IMG/VR virus record: IMGVR_UViG_3300027653_000015
Coordinates: 1-50,583 of that record
Reading direction: 5' to 3' (one strand)
DNA: 50,583 bases
Source of the DNA: a virus
Taxonomy: Duplodnaviria > Caudoviricetes
In this document: positions 1-9,333 of the stretch, in pieces
Layout: each line of letters opens with the position of its first letter
Position numbering within the stretch: the stretch's first letter is position 1
Notes under the pieces: generated by a model
The model's database searches: none
Told to the model about the DNA's origin: nothing
What the model saw: only the letters and a program-made list of their open reading frames with translations
Made by a program: the position numbers and the translations under genes

Positions 1-162
1 CGCCAAGGCGTGACCGTCGCGGTACTGGATGCGTTTGAGGACGTGGAGAAAGGGCGAACCGGAATCTGGTTGATTGACTCCTGGGTGGCCTCCGTTTCCA
101 AGTCCCCCCGACCGGCGACCGTAGCGTCCCCAGACGTCCGTAAAAACCGGGTGCGGGGGTAA
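1..162 (+). CDS. head-to-tail adaptor, C-terminal fragment (partial)
   Basis: Frame-1 translation RQGVTVAVLD...GRTGIWLIDSWV...VASPD ends at TAA 160-162. It resembles the C-terminus of actinophage adaptors and probably continues the ORF that starts at 50264. Confidence 0.65.
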   Translation, partial: RQGVTVAVLDAFEDVEKGRTGIWLIDSWVASVSKSPRPATVASPDVRKNRVRG

Positions 163-164
163 AC

Positions 165-647
165 ATGGGTAAGGACCCGTTAGCCGCCCTGGTGCCGCTC
201 CTAGACGCTATTTTGGCCGCTTCCCGGGAGGCGCTGGATGACTCCCCACCGTCTCGGGTGCTTTTGATGCCCGGGGCAGAGGTCGTTTGGGACAATTGCG
301 GGAACCGGGGACAACTATGGGTGCGGGTAGTTTCCATCACCCCGCACTACCCTTCGGGAAACAACTCCTCGGCCCTCGGGCTCAATTGCGGCGTGGCCGC
401 GTGGGACGCCACTATCGCGGTAGGGGTGCTCCGCTGCGTCGCCACGGTTGACGACCGGGGACGCCCGCCGAAGGCCTCCACGATGACGAAAGAGACGAAT
501 CAGATCCTGGATGATGCTTCTGCAGTAGGCGGTGTGCTGATGACAACTGAGAAGGTCACTGAAATCAATGTTTGGAACCCCCTCGGGCCGGAGGGTGGAC
601 TCGCTGGCGGGGAGTGGGAGGCTCGCGCGCGGTTCGATATTTTGTAG
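165..647 (+). CDS. putative tail terminator / head-tail completion protein
   Basis: 160 aa with WDNC..GQLWVRV, VGVLRC and GPEGGLAGGEW motifs; lies after the adaptor. Confidence 0.55.
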   Translation: MGKDPLAALVPLLDAILAASREALDDSPPSRVLLMPGAEVVWDNCGNRGQLWVRVVSITPHYPSGNNSSALGLNCGVAAWDATIAVGVLRCVATVDDRGRPPKASTMTKETNQILDDASAVGGVLMTTEKVTEINVWNPLGPEGGLAGGEWEARARFDIL

Positions 648-666
648 CGCACCGCCCTCCCCGCTA

Positions 667-740
667 ATTTATTTATTTTTTATTTATTTATATACCCCCT
701 TTAGGGGGTGTATATATAAATAAATAAAAAATAAATAAAT
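667..740. repeat. AT-rich long inverted repeat (28-bp perfect arms, CCCCCTTTAGGGGG core)
   Basis: 667-694 is the exact reverse complement of 713-740; inner ACCCCCT/AGGGGGT stem. Confidence 0.9.
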
Positions 741-761
741 AACCTACCGGTAGGAGGGCGC

Positions 762-1172
762 ATGGCTCGCGTAAAATTGAAACTAAACAAACAGTCCATC
801 ACGATGCACGTAGGCAACATGGCCACGCAGTCAGCGCGAAACGCGGCGGAGCGGACGAAACTTAGAGTCCAGTCCAACATCGCCCGAAAAGGACGGATCC
901 ACACTGGCAAGATGCACGACTCAATCCGGGTCACGAAACTTAAGTCATCTCGCCCGATGCGGCCCCGCTTCACCGTTGCTTCTCACCTCAAGTACACAAA
1001 GTTCCAAGAAGCCGGGGTGAGGCCGTTTGGACCGAAACGTGCAAAGTTTCTCCGATTCCAGCCGAAGTTCTCTAACACTTTTGTTTTCGCGAAGCGAGTG
1101 CGCGGATTCCCGCCTGGAAATTTCTTCCGGGACGCTCTAAAGCAACTCCAGAGGAAGGACTTCCACCCCTAA
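762..1172 (+). CDS. HK97 gp10-like tail completion protein
   Basis: Basic 136 aa with TGKMHDSI, YTKFQEAG and VRGFPPGNFFRDAL motifs; RBS AGGAGG. Confidence 0.65.
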   Translation: MARVKLKLNKQSITMHVGNMATQSARNAAERTKLRVQSNIARKGRIHTGKMHDSIRVTKLKSSRPMRPRFTVASHLKYTKFQEAGVRPFGPKRAKFLRFQPKFSNTFVFAKRVRGFPPGNFFRDALKQLQRKDFHP

Positions 1173-1179
1173 CGAGGCG

Positions 1180-1188
1180 TGCTACACT
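1180..1188 (+). promoter_or_regulatory. extended -10 promoter, probably leaderless mRNA
   Basis: TGc-TACACT ends 6 nt before ATG 1195; no SD. Confidence 0.5.
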
Positions 1189-1194
1189 CGCGTT

Positions 1195-1548
1195 ATGGCG
1201 AAGCAAACAGAATCCAAGACTCCAGCAGCATCCCCCGACGTGCCTGGCATTAGCATTGAGATCGATAAACCTGAGCCCATTCCGGTCACGCTCGGGGATA
1301 AGGTCTACCGTGGTTTCCCTCCAAAGACGGCGGGTACCTTCCGAGCGGTAAAACGCATCCAGGAAGCCTCGGACGATCCCGAAAAAATGTTGAACGAGAT
1401 TGAGAATTGGCTTAAGTCCGTTTTCACTGCCGCAGACGCTAAAAAGATCCTGGCTCGGTTGGAAGATCCTCGGGACGGGTTGGACATGCCGCACGTCATT
1501 GAGTTACTTCAGAAAATGATGCAGAGCACGAAAAACCCTACTATGTAG
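1195..1548 (+). CDS. tail assembly chaperone (G)
   Basis: 117 aa upstream of the tape measure; ends just after the slippery heptamer A AAC CCT. Confidence 0.75.
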   Translation: MAKQTESKTPAASPDVPGISIEIDKPEPIPVTLGDKVYRGFPPKTAGTFRAVKRIQEASDDPEKMLNEIENWLKSVFTAADAKKILARLEDPRDGLDMPHVIELLQKMMQSTKNPTM

Positions 1549-1853
1549 TCTGGCGCTGTTTCCTGATCGCGCTGGAGCATTGGGACACGCTGGACGGGCA
1601 CCTTCTAGCCAAAGGTTCTCCCTTCTCGTTAGAAGATTTACACATCGACCGGCTCTGTTCGTTCATCTGGTGGTTTGCTACGCAGAACAAGAACGAGGCA
1701 GAACGGCAGTCATTCCGCGCTAAACTCTGGCGGCCTCCGGCGGGCGAAGAAGCCCACGAGAAATCTCCATGGACTCCGGAGGCAGAGATGCGGGCGCTCC
1801 GTAACCTCCAGGCTCAACTTGGAGGCGGGGGCAGCAGTACCGCTATGCGGTAG
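1536..1853 (+). CDS. tail assembly chaperone -1 frameshift extension (GT)
   Basis: Open -1 frame with no 5' start codon: PYYVVWRCFLIALEHWDTLDGHLL...DRLCSFIWWF...LWRPP...TAMR*. X XXY YYZ heptamer at 1533-1539. Confidence 0.75.
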   Translation, partial: PYYVVWRCFLIALEHWDTLDGHLLAKGSPFSLEDLHIDRLCSFIWWFATQNKNEAERQSFRAKLWRPPAGEEAHEKSPWTPEAEMRALRNLQAQLGGGGSSTAMR

Positions 1854-1918
1854 GATAGTCAAGTAGAGGCTGGAATCACCCTCACCTTCAAGACTAGGTG
1901 ACGGGAGGTGATCCGGTC

Positions 1919-4588
1919 TTGAATATCGGGGAAGCACTTATTGAGATCCTCGCGGATGCGGGGGACTTCGCCAAAGACGCTAGTAAGCAACTCTCTGGAC
2001 CTCTAAAAACTGTCGGCAAAACTACTGCCGACGCTTTTTCTGCCACCTTCCAGATCGGCATGGCCGCCGCTGCTGGGCTGGCGACCGCCGCGATAACTAA
2101 GACCATCTCGGGCGGTCTGAAACGCCTGGAGGGTATTGACACCGCCGAAGCCCGGCTCCGGGGCATCGGGGTAGTTGGCGAAGAACTTGCCGGGGTAATG
2201 GATCAAGTCCGTGACTCGGTGCGCGGAACCTCCATCTCCCTGGACGGTGCAGCGCAGGCCGCCGCGCTCATGATGACTTCCGGCGTGCGGGAGGGTAAGC
2301 CCCTCGAAGCCACGCTGGACGCGCTGACTAACGCCGCCGCTGCCACCGGTAAAGAGATCGAAGAGATCACCCCGCTCTGGCAGGAAATGGCCGTCCAGGG
2401 CGACGCTACTTCTAACGTAGTTCGCCGCCTGGGTGACATGGGCGTGAACGCCCTGGCCGCGCTTGCGGACGAGTTCGGGGTGACGCAAGAAGAAGCCGAC
2501 AAGATGGTCAAGTCGGGCAAGGTTTCCTTCGAGGAGTTCAACCAGGCGATAACCGGTCAACTCGGAGACATGGCCGAGGCCGTTGGAAACTCCTTCAAGG
2601 GCATGAAGGACAACACTAACGCCGCGTTCGCCATGATCGGCGCGGCCGGTCTGGCACCGTTCAAGGACGCTTTCACGACGGCGATGCCGGACATTCTGAA
2701 CTTCATGTACGATCTGTCCGACGCGATAGCGGACGCCGCTAAGCCTCTGAACGACAAACTGATCCCCGCCGCTGAAAAACTGGGGGACTATTTTAAGGGA
2801 TTAGACGCCTCCAAATCCTTGCAGGGTATTACGGACGGGCTTAAGTCGATTGACGGGCTTCTAGGCCCCCTGGTGGGCCTGGCGTTGGGGTCTCTGGGCC
2901 CTTTGCTGGCCCGGATTCCGTTACTAGGTCAAGCGTTCACGAAACTGACTGGCCCGGTGGGGCTGGTTATTGGCCTATTCGTGGAGATGTTCCGCAACTC
3001 TGAACCGCTCCGGGATGCTATGAGCGGGCTATTTGACATGCTGTCGGGCGCCGCCTCCAGCGTCGGCCCGGTGTTCGAGGCGTTGGCGGGGTTAGTTGGA
3101 GAACTGGCGGGGACGCTCGGGGATGTTCTCGGGGGCGTGATCCTGGAACTTTTGCCGGTCGTGGAGGATCTTCTAGCGGTACTCGGCCCGGCGCTGGTAG
3201 CAATTTTGCAGGCAGTCCAGCCGCTAATAGAAAAACTTGGCGGAGCCCTGGGGAAGATCCTAGTCAAGGCCATCGAAAAACTGGTGCCGCCGCTCCTGAA
3301 AATTATCGAGACGCTACTCCCGCCGCTGATCACGCTATTTGAAGTTGTGATCGATGTAGTTGGCTGGATTATCGATGCCCTCGGCCCGCTTATCGATTTG
3401 CTGATGAACATTCTCGGCCCGGCGCTGGCGATACAGGCAGAGATATTGTCCATCGTGGTCGGGTGGCTCACTGATCTCTTTACCTCCACCGAGGAAGGAG
3501 CCTCCATCTGGTCGGAGGCATGGAACTGGATCCTCGAAGTAATTGATACTTTCACCGCGTGGTTCCAGGAACACGTTGCGCCCATTATCGAAGAAGTTTG
3601 GGGTCGGATACAGGACGCCGCGCAGGCGGTCGCGGCCTGGTATCAGGAGACATTGGCACCGCTGTTCGAGGCCGTGGGCGAGTTCCTGGGAGTGGTATTC
3701 GAGAACGTTTCGGAGGCTGCCAGCACTCTCTGGGGACTGGTAAAGGGCTACTTCGAGAAGATCAGCGAGACGTGGGATAAAGCGTGGACGGAGATCCAGA
3801 AGGTCTGGGACAAGGTTGGCCCGCCGCTGATGGAGTTCATCGAGGGATCCATAAACACTCTCAAGTCGGTCTGGGACATTGTCTGGAACTCGATTAAAAA
3901 GATCTTCGAGATCGTGTGGAACACGATTAAGACGGTGGTGGACACCGCGATTAACACGATCAAGAACATTATCAATACTGTCACCGCTCTGATTAAAGGT
4001 GATTGGGAGGGCGTCTGGAACGGGATTAAGGACTTCTTCAACGACCTTTGGGAAGGCTTATTACGGGGAGTCGGGGAGAGTCTTGACTCGATTTGGGAGT
4101 GGATTGTCGGGCTGAAAGACGACGTTCTTAACTTCTTTGCCAACGCCGGTTCCTGGCTGTTCAACGCAGGAAAGTCCATTCTGCAAGGCCTCTGGGACGG
4201 TATGAAAAACATCTGGAATGATCTCACCGGTTGGGTCGGTGACCTGGGTGGCTGGATAGCGGATCTCAAGGGGCCGGAGGAGTACGACAAGAAACTCCTG
4301 ATCCCGCAGGGTAAGTGGATCATGGAGGGCCTCGGGGAAGGCGCGAAGGCAGGCTGGAGGGACGTTGAAAAGTTCTTCAAGAAGATCGGCCCCTCGATTG
4401 ATATTAATCCGACGCAGGTCGCGGCCCTTGAACCGTCCAGTACCCGTTTAGAGGAGCCTGGAGTCACTTCTGCCGAGATCCCAGAGGAACAGATACAGGT
4501 ACTGGCCCGGGCGATCTACGAGGCCGTTAGGGCGGGTTTTGGGAACGGCGTGAGTTCATTCTTTGACGCTAGCGAGATGGGAGCGTAA
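1919..4588 (+). CDS. tape measure protein
   Basis: ~890 aa, Ala/Leu-rich and helical with periodic W/F repeats. The start is more likely TTG 1919 (GGAGGTG RBS) than GTG 1898. Confidence 0.92.
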   Translation: MNIGEALIEILADAGDFAKDASKQLSGPLKTVGKTTADAFSATFQIGMAAAAGLATAAITKTISGGLKRLEGIDTAEARLRGIGVVGEELAGVMDQVRDSVRGTSISLDGAAQAAALMMTSGVREGKPLEATLDALTNAAAATGKEIEEITPLWQEMAVQGDATSNVVRRLGDMGVNALAALADEFGVTQEEADKMVKSGKVSFEEFNQAITGQLGDMAEAVGNSFKGMKDNTNAAFAMIGAAGLAPFKDAFTTAMPDILNFMYDLSDAIADAAKPLNDKLIPAAEKLGDYFKGLDASKSLQGITDGLKSIDGLLGPLVGLALGSLGPLLARIPLLGQAFTKLTGPVGLVIGLFVEMFRNSEPLRDAMSGLFDMLSGAASSVGPVFEALAGLVGELAGTLGDVLGGVILELLPVVEDLLAVLGPALVAILQAVQPLIEKLGGALGKILVKAIEKLVPPLLKIIETLLPPLITLFEVVIDVVGWIIDALGPLIDLLMNILGPALAIQAEILSIVVGWLTDLFTSTEEGASIWSEAWNWILEVIDTFTAWFQEHVAPIIEEVWGRIQDAAQAVAAWYQETLAPLFEAVGEFLGVVFENVSEAASTLWGLVKGYFEKISETWDKAWTEIQKVWDKVGPPLMEFIEGSINTLKSVWDIVWNSIKKIFEIVWNTIKTVVDTAINTIKNIINTVTALIKGDWEGVWNGIKDFFNDLWEGLLRGVGESLDSIWEWIVGLKDDVLNFFANAGSWLFNAGKSILQGLWDGMKNIWNDLTGWVGDLGGWIADLKGPEEYDKKLLIPQGKWIMEGLGEGAKAGWRDVEKFFKKIGPSIDINPTQVAALEPSSTRLEEPGVTSAEIPEEQIQVLARAIYEAVRAGFGNGVSSFFDASEMGA

Positions 4589-4591
4589 ATC

Positions 4592-7500
4592 ATGGCAATG
4601 TCAGCGAACGGCTCAGCGGTCAATGTTGGCAACTCGGGCCGGATCCGGGTGATTATTAACGTTTTGTCTCAGAGCCAAAGCAACAATACCTCTCAGGTGC
4701 GTGTTCGCGGCCAGATGTCGAAACGCAATAACACGACGGCGTATAACAACAACGGCGTGCCTATGAGAATCTACGGAAATCATGGGATTACGAGCCGGTC
4801 GTCCTCCACCCCGTTCAGCGTCTCGGGAACCTCCTGGAAAACCTTCCGGGATGAAACTTATACCGTCACCCATGCTTCGGATGGTCGGCGTACGGTCACG
4901 GCTTATTACGAACTTGGAGCGACTGGAACGTCGTCTTTTGGGAACGGCGGGACCGCTAAAGTAACTCTCTCCATTAACCGGATTCCGAAGGCACCCTCCA
5001 AGCCCGGCAAGCCCTCGGTATCTAGCGCTACCTCCAGTTCGTTCAAAGCATCGGTCTCGGCCCCGGCTAGTAACGGCGCGAGTATTACTCAGTATCAGTG
5101 GCAGGTGGGGAACGATACTTTCACGAGTTCCGGTCGGTCTATTACGATTACGGGGCGCACCGCTAATGCGTCGCATCGGGTGCGAGTTCGAGCGCGGAAC
5201 TCGGTAGGTTGGAGTTCCTGGTCGTCCTGGTCGAATTACATATCGACGAAACCGAACTCGCCAGCGGCCCCGACCAACGTGACCGCGTCGCGGGTTAGCG
5301 ATACGAATCAGTACATCACCTGGACGCGGAACGCGACATCCTCCGCTCCCTACACCTCGCAGCGCGTGCAGCGGAACCACTGGACGGGTTCGGGGCGCTC
5401 GGCGTGGGTAACCATCGCCACGGTCTCATCCACGGCGACGTCCTATAACGACACTTCTACTTCGAAATACAACGACTACCGCTACCGCGTGCAAGCGGTC
5501 AACAGCACCGGTACAGGCACCTCGGCGCAGTCTAATAAGATCCGCACGACCCCAGCACCGCCGATAGATGTTTCTGCGCAGAAATTATCGGGTTCAAACG
5601 ATATCCAGGTTGACTTTACTCAGGTAATGTATCCCGATTCGGGCAACCATAATGAGATCCAGGACAACCCGGGCGGTACCGGATGGGTGACGATTGGCAC
5701 CACTGAAAACGAATCGACGTTTACCCATATAGACCCGAATCCCGCTGTCACCCATCAGTACCGGGTGCGGACGGTGGATACCGAGAACGGCGTCCTGAAC
5801 GGCGAATGGTCTATAGCATCGAACGTGGTGCAGTTACTGGCACCTCCACTGGCCCCGACTTTGCTAGAGCCTACGGGGATCGTAGATCGAGATGAAGACA
5901 CTCGATTTGAGTGGAGGCATAACTCAGTCGATACCACGGATCAAACTGAATTCGAGTTGGAGTGGGATTACACCGATAGTTCGGCTCCTTCCCCGTGGCG
6001 GCATACGGGAACCACTGACGAGTTTTTAGTTCTCCCTGCTTTCGGAGTTTCAGATGAAATCCAGTGGCGGGTTAGAACTAAGGGAGATTTCCCGGAGTTC
6101 GGGCCGTGGTCTCCCTGGAAGGTATTTAGTACAGTCTCGCGCCCCGAAGCCACTATTTCGGAGCCTGGCAACTCTCTGAACACGTCCCAGGTAGAGGTTA
6201 TTTGGACGTACCAAAACGCCGACCCCTCGGGTCAGGCCGGGTGGGAGGCTGAACTTCTGGATGACGGGGAAAATAACCTGGAGCGGGCGTCCGGGTCTGG
6301 CACTACCTCTGAACACCTATTTGACACCATCCTGGATAACGCGACCGAGTACACCGTTCAAGTGCGGGTGCGGTCGGGGACGGGGCTGTGGTCTGAGTGG
6401 GATACCAGCACGTTTACGACCGATTTCCCACTACCCACTGCGGTAGAAGTCCTGCCGGTTAAAAACGATGAAGATGCCTCGGTAACTCTCACATTCCAGG
6501 AGGACGAGTGGGCGCAATATTCCTGGGAAGGTGAACCGAACGACTCGCCGTCAGTACGGGTTACTGGTGAAGGGTCTGTGACCAACGTGGTCCTTAACCC
6601 GAACATGGTTGCCTCTACGGAGGAGGTCACGGTCTTCGCTAACTACGCTCAAAACCCGTCTAGTGAAGAGGAGGCAATGACCCCTGTAAGCACCGAGGGG
6701 TTCTCTATCACTAGAGCAAGTGGCGGCGGGGGGGCCAAGTTTGGGAATTGGTATTCCGTTTTAACTGCCACAGAAGAAATCTCAAGCATGGGGATCAGGG
6801 ATTCAGGGGTTCCGGGAAACTCGGAATTTGGGTCTTACATTCTGACGGCGAGCATGTGGGTGCGGTTGCCTACGCAAGGTGCGCGCATGAACGCCAAGTT
6901 CCGGTTAAGTCACGGGATTAGGAGCAAGGTGATCCCTAACCCGGGAGGGGCGGGGTTCCCCTCGGGTTGGTTTGAAGTGAGCGGAAATGTGCAACTTCAA
7001 AGCACTACTACTAAGTATGACGTGCTTTTTGAAATACTTTTAGATGAAGTTGACCCGGAAGATTATGTGAATCTGGATGTCTGGTTTGACGGGTTTCATA
7101 TCATCCAGGGAGCCCTCCCTCCTGACGGATATTTCGATAAGGACGTTGCGGAAGAATACGCTGGCGACCCCGACCTCACAATGGGAGATCTGCCCGATGG
7201 CGGGGTTAGGCTGTATGGATACGCAGTGGAAGGAATGGCTGAATTCTTCCCCGGAGGCGTGTTGATTGCTTCTTCCCAGTGGGCTAAGAGTGGTTCCACT
7301 TCACTGAGGGTCATAAACACTTCCGGCAAGGCTTACTTTATCTATGCGGTAGCAAACTCAGATTTAGTCACCGGCTCGGTTTGGAGGTATCTGGAAGCCC
7401 CTCTGACCCTAAACGATGACGAAACATTGCCCTCTGAGGGGGCCATTTTCGGGGTGAGCGTTGATGGTTATACATTCCCTGAGGAGATGCCTCCGAACAA

Positions 7501-8278
7501 TCCCGGGGAACACTCGATGCGGATATCTAGAGATACTGAAGACCCGGAATGGCAGATAGTGGGGCTTTCGGGGCCGTCTGAGTTCGGGGAATCCGTGTGG
7601 TTCGACGTTCTTACCGCCACGGAAGAGCCTTACGACGGCCCGCCTTTCTCGGGAAACTCGACTTCCACCATCGCTACTGAGTGGATAGACGTGCAGCGCA
7701 ACGACGGGGACGGGTGGATCACTATCGCCCGGGACGTTGACCCGGAGACTTCACTAGTGGACTACATTCCCGCCTTGAATGAGGACGTGCGGTACCGGGC
7801 GATCTCTCGCACTAGCCTCCCCACGGCACGGCTCGGCCCGGAAACTTCGGTCGATATGACCTATGACTGCGACCAGATTTTCGTAAATGGTGACAATAAT
7901 TTCAGCCTAGTTGCCGTGGCCCCGGGGAACGCGCTGGCCCGGAGCCCGAAGGTGGAATCGGATTTACACCGCTGGGCAGGTTGGGAGTATCCGCAGGCCG
8001 TTTTCGGAGTAGGCGAGGAGTACGGGGTTACCTTCACCGCGCCGCTGATTGACACTAATCGGGGATTCGTTTCCACGCGGGAAGAAGGCTGGGTGGAACT
8101 ACTTCGGACGCGCCGCATCCTGGCCTACCGGGATACTTCAGGGCGCAAGTTCTTTGGAATTATGGGAGTCAATTTCAGCCAGCAGGAGATGATCGATAAT
8201 CTCTCACTCAAGATGGAGCGGGCTCACTTCATAGAGGGCGTGGAGCCAGAGTTTCTGCCAGAAGATTTGGAGGATTAG
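4592..8278 (+). CDS. minor tail protein with fibronectin type III repeats
   Basis: 1228 aa with repeated YRVRVRA.N..G.S.WS FN3 motifs; follows the tape measure. Confidence 0.85.
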   Translation: MAMSANGSAVNVGNSGRIRVIINVLSQSQSNNTSQVRVRGQMSKRNNTTAYNNNGVPMRIYGNHGITSRSSSTPFSVSGTSWKTFRDETYTVTHASDGRRTVTAYYELGATGTSSFGNGGTAKVTLSINRIPKAPSKPGKPSVSSATSSSFKASVSAPASNGASITQYQWQVGNDTFTSSGRSITITGRTANASHRVRVRARNSVGWSSWSSWSNYISTKPNSPAAPTNVTASRVSDTNQYITWTRNATSSAPYTSQRVQRNHWTGSGRSAWVTIATVSSTATSYNDTSTSKYNDYRYRVQAVNSTGTGTSAQSNKIRTTPAPPIDVSAQKLSGSNDIQVDFTQVMYPDSGNHNEIQDNPGGTGWVTIGTTENESTFTHIDPNPAVTHQYRVRTVDTENGVLNGEWSIASNVVQLLAPPLAPTLLEPTGIVDRDEDTRFEWRHNSVDTTDQTEFELEWDYTDSSAPSPWRHTGTTDEFLVLPAFGVSDEIQWRVRTKGDFPEFGPWSPWKVFSTVSRPEATISEPGNSLNTSQVEVIWTYQNADPSGQAGWEAELLDDGENNLERASGSGTTSEHLFDTILDNATEYTVQVRVRSGTGLWSEWDTSTFTTDFPLPTAVEVLPVKNDEDASVTLTFQEDEWAQYSWEGEPNDSPSVRVTGEGSVTNVVLNPNMVASTEEVTVFANYAQNPSSEEEAMTPVSTEGFSITRASGGGGAKFGNWYSVLTATEEISSMGIRDSGVPGNSEFGSYILTASMWVRLPTQGARMNAKFRLSHGIRSKVIPNPGGAGFPSGWFEVSGNVQLQSTTTKYDVLFEILLDEVDPEDYVNLDVWFDGFHIIQGALPPDGYFDKDVAEEYAGDPDLTMGDLPDGGVRLYGYAVEGMAEFFPGGVLIASSQWAKSGSTSLRVINTSGKAYFIYAVANSDLVTGSVWRYLEAPLTLNDDETLPSEGAIFGVSVDGYTFPEEMPPNNPGEHSMRISRDTEDPEWQIVGLSGPSEFGESVWFDVLTATEEPYDGPPFSGNSTSTIATEWIDVQRNDGDGWITIARDVDPETSLVDYIPALNEDVRYRAISRTSLPTARLGPETSVDMTYDCDQIFVNGDNNFSLVAVAPGNALARSPKVESDLHRWAGWEYPQAVFGVGEEYGVTFTAPLIDTNRGFVSTREEGWVELLRTRRILAYRDTSGRKFFGIMGVNFSQQEMIDNLSLKMERAHFIEGVEPEFLPEDLED

Positions 8279-8280
8279 TA

Positions 8281-9333
8281 ATGCTTATCGATTACTATTA
8301 CCTCCTCCTGGATCGGGAAGAAAACGAGATAGGCAGGATGCGGGGAGTTTTGCGGGGGAGCGGAAGAATCACCTACTCCTCCGCCGCATCGGTCAAGTCA
8401 AAAGCCTCCCTAACGCTCACCCCGCAAGGGCAGTTTGACCACTGGCTCCATGTCCGGGTGCAGCCCTGGGTCGTGCTGGAGGGGGAGGAATGGCCGTTAG
8501 GGGTGTTTATGCCCAACATCCCGTCCTCGGGTTTTGCGAATGCGGGGGAACAGTCCTCGGTCTCGCTGTTAGATAAGACCAACATCCTGGCCCGGGACTG
8601 GTTTGGCAGCACCCACGGCGCCCCAGAGGGCACGGTAATCACCGAGCGGGTGCGGGACATTATTGCATCCACCGGGGAGCCTCCGGGGGCGATTACGGAG
8701 GACGATTCCACGCTTTTAACTTCCGCAGAATGGTCACCGGAGTTCTCCAAATTGCAGATAGTGAACGAGTTACTCGACTCGGGTAACTATTTTTCACTCT
8801 GGACTGACGGGAACGGGCAGTTTCAAGTCACCCCCTGGCAGCGGCCCGCGCGCCGCCCCGTGTCTGCCACCTTCCGGGATAAGCACGGCGACAGTGTGGT
8901 GGCTTACTCCAATAAGTTCACTCGCACTCATGACATCGGGAAAGTGCCGAACGTCTATATTGCCCGGACTCAAGGCGACGACGAAACGGAAGCCCTCGGG
9001 GCGGAGGCAATCAATGACGATCCGAATGACCCGTTCTCTACCGAGGGACGGGGGTTCCGCGTGTTGCCAGAATCTGGCCCGGATTTGGACGTCAAGACCA
9101 CCTCGCAAACAGCGCTGGAGGAATACGCAGCGCGCCGTCTGATCGAGTCCAGCCAGCCGCAGGAGACTCTAGTTATCAAGCACCTACCGGCGCGGTGGGG
9201 GATAAACGACGCGGTGCGGTTTGAATCCCGTCGCTACGATATTGACGGGTTGTTCACGGTACAGAAACAGGAGTGGGCATTGGCGTATAACGGTCTAGTA
9301 ACCTCGACTCTACGAAGGGTGGTTGACATCTAA
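8281..9333 (+). CDS. minor tail / baseplate hub protein
   Basis: 350 aa with WPLGVF and LWTDGNGQF motifs typical of actinophage minor tails; synteny. Confidence 0.7.
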   Translation: MLIDYYYLLLDREENEIGRMRGVLRGSGRITYSSAASVKSKASLTLTPQGQFDHWLHVRVQPWVVLEGEEWPLGVFMPNIPSSGFANAGEQSSVSLLDKTNILARDWFGSTHGAPEGTVITERVRDIIASTGEPPGAITEDDSTLLTSAEWSPEFSKLQIVNELLDSGNYFSLWTDGNGQFQVTPWQRPARRPVSATFRDKHGDSVVAYSNKFTRTHDIGKVPNVYIARTQGDDETEALGAEAINDDPNDPFSTEGRGFRVLPESGPDLDVKTTSQTALEEYAARRLIESSQPQETLVIKHLPARWGINDAVRFESRRYDIDGLFTVQKQEWALAYNGLVTSTLRRVVDI

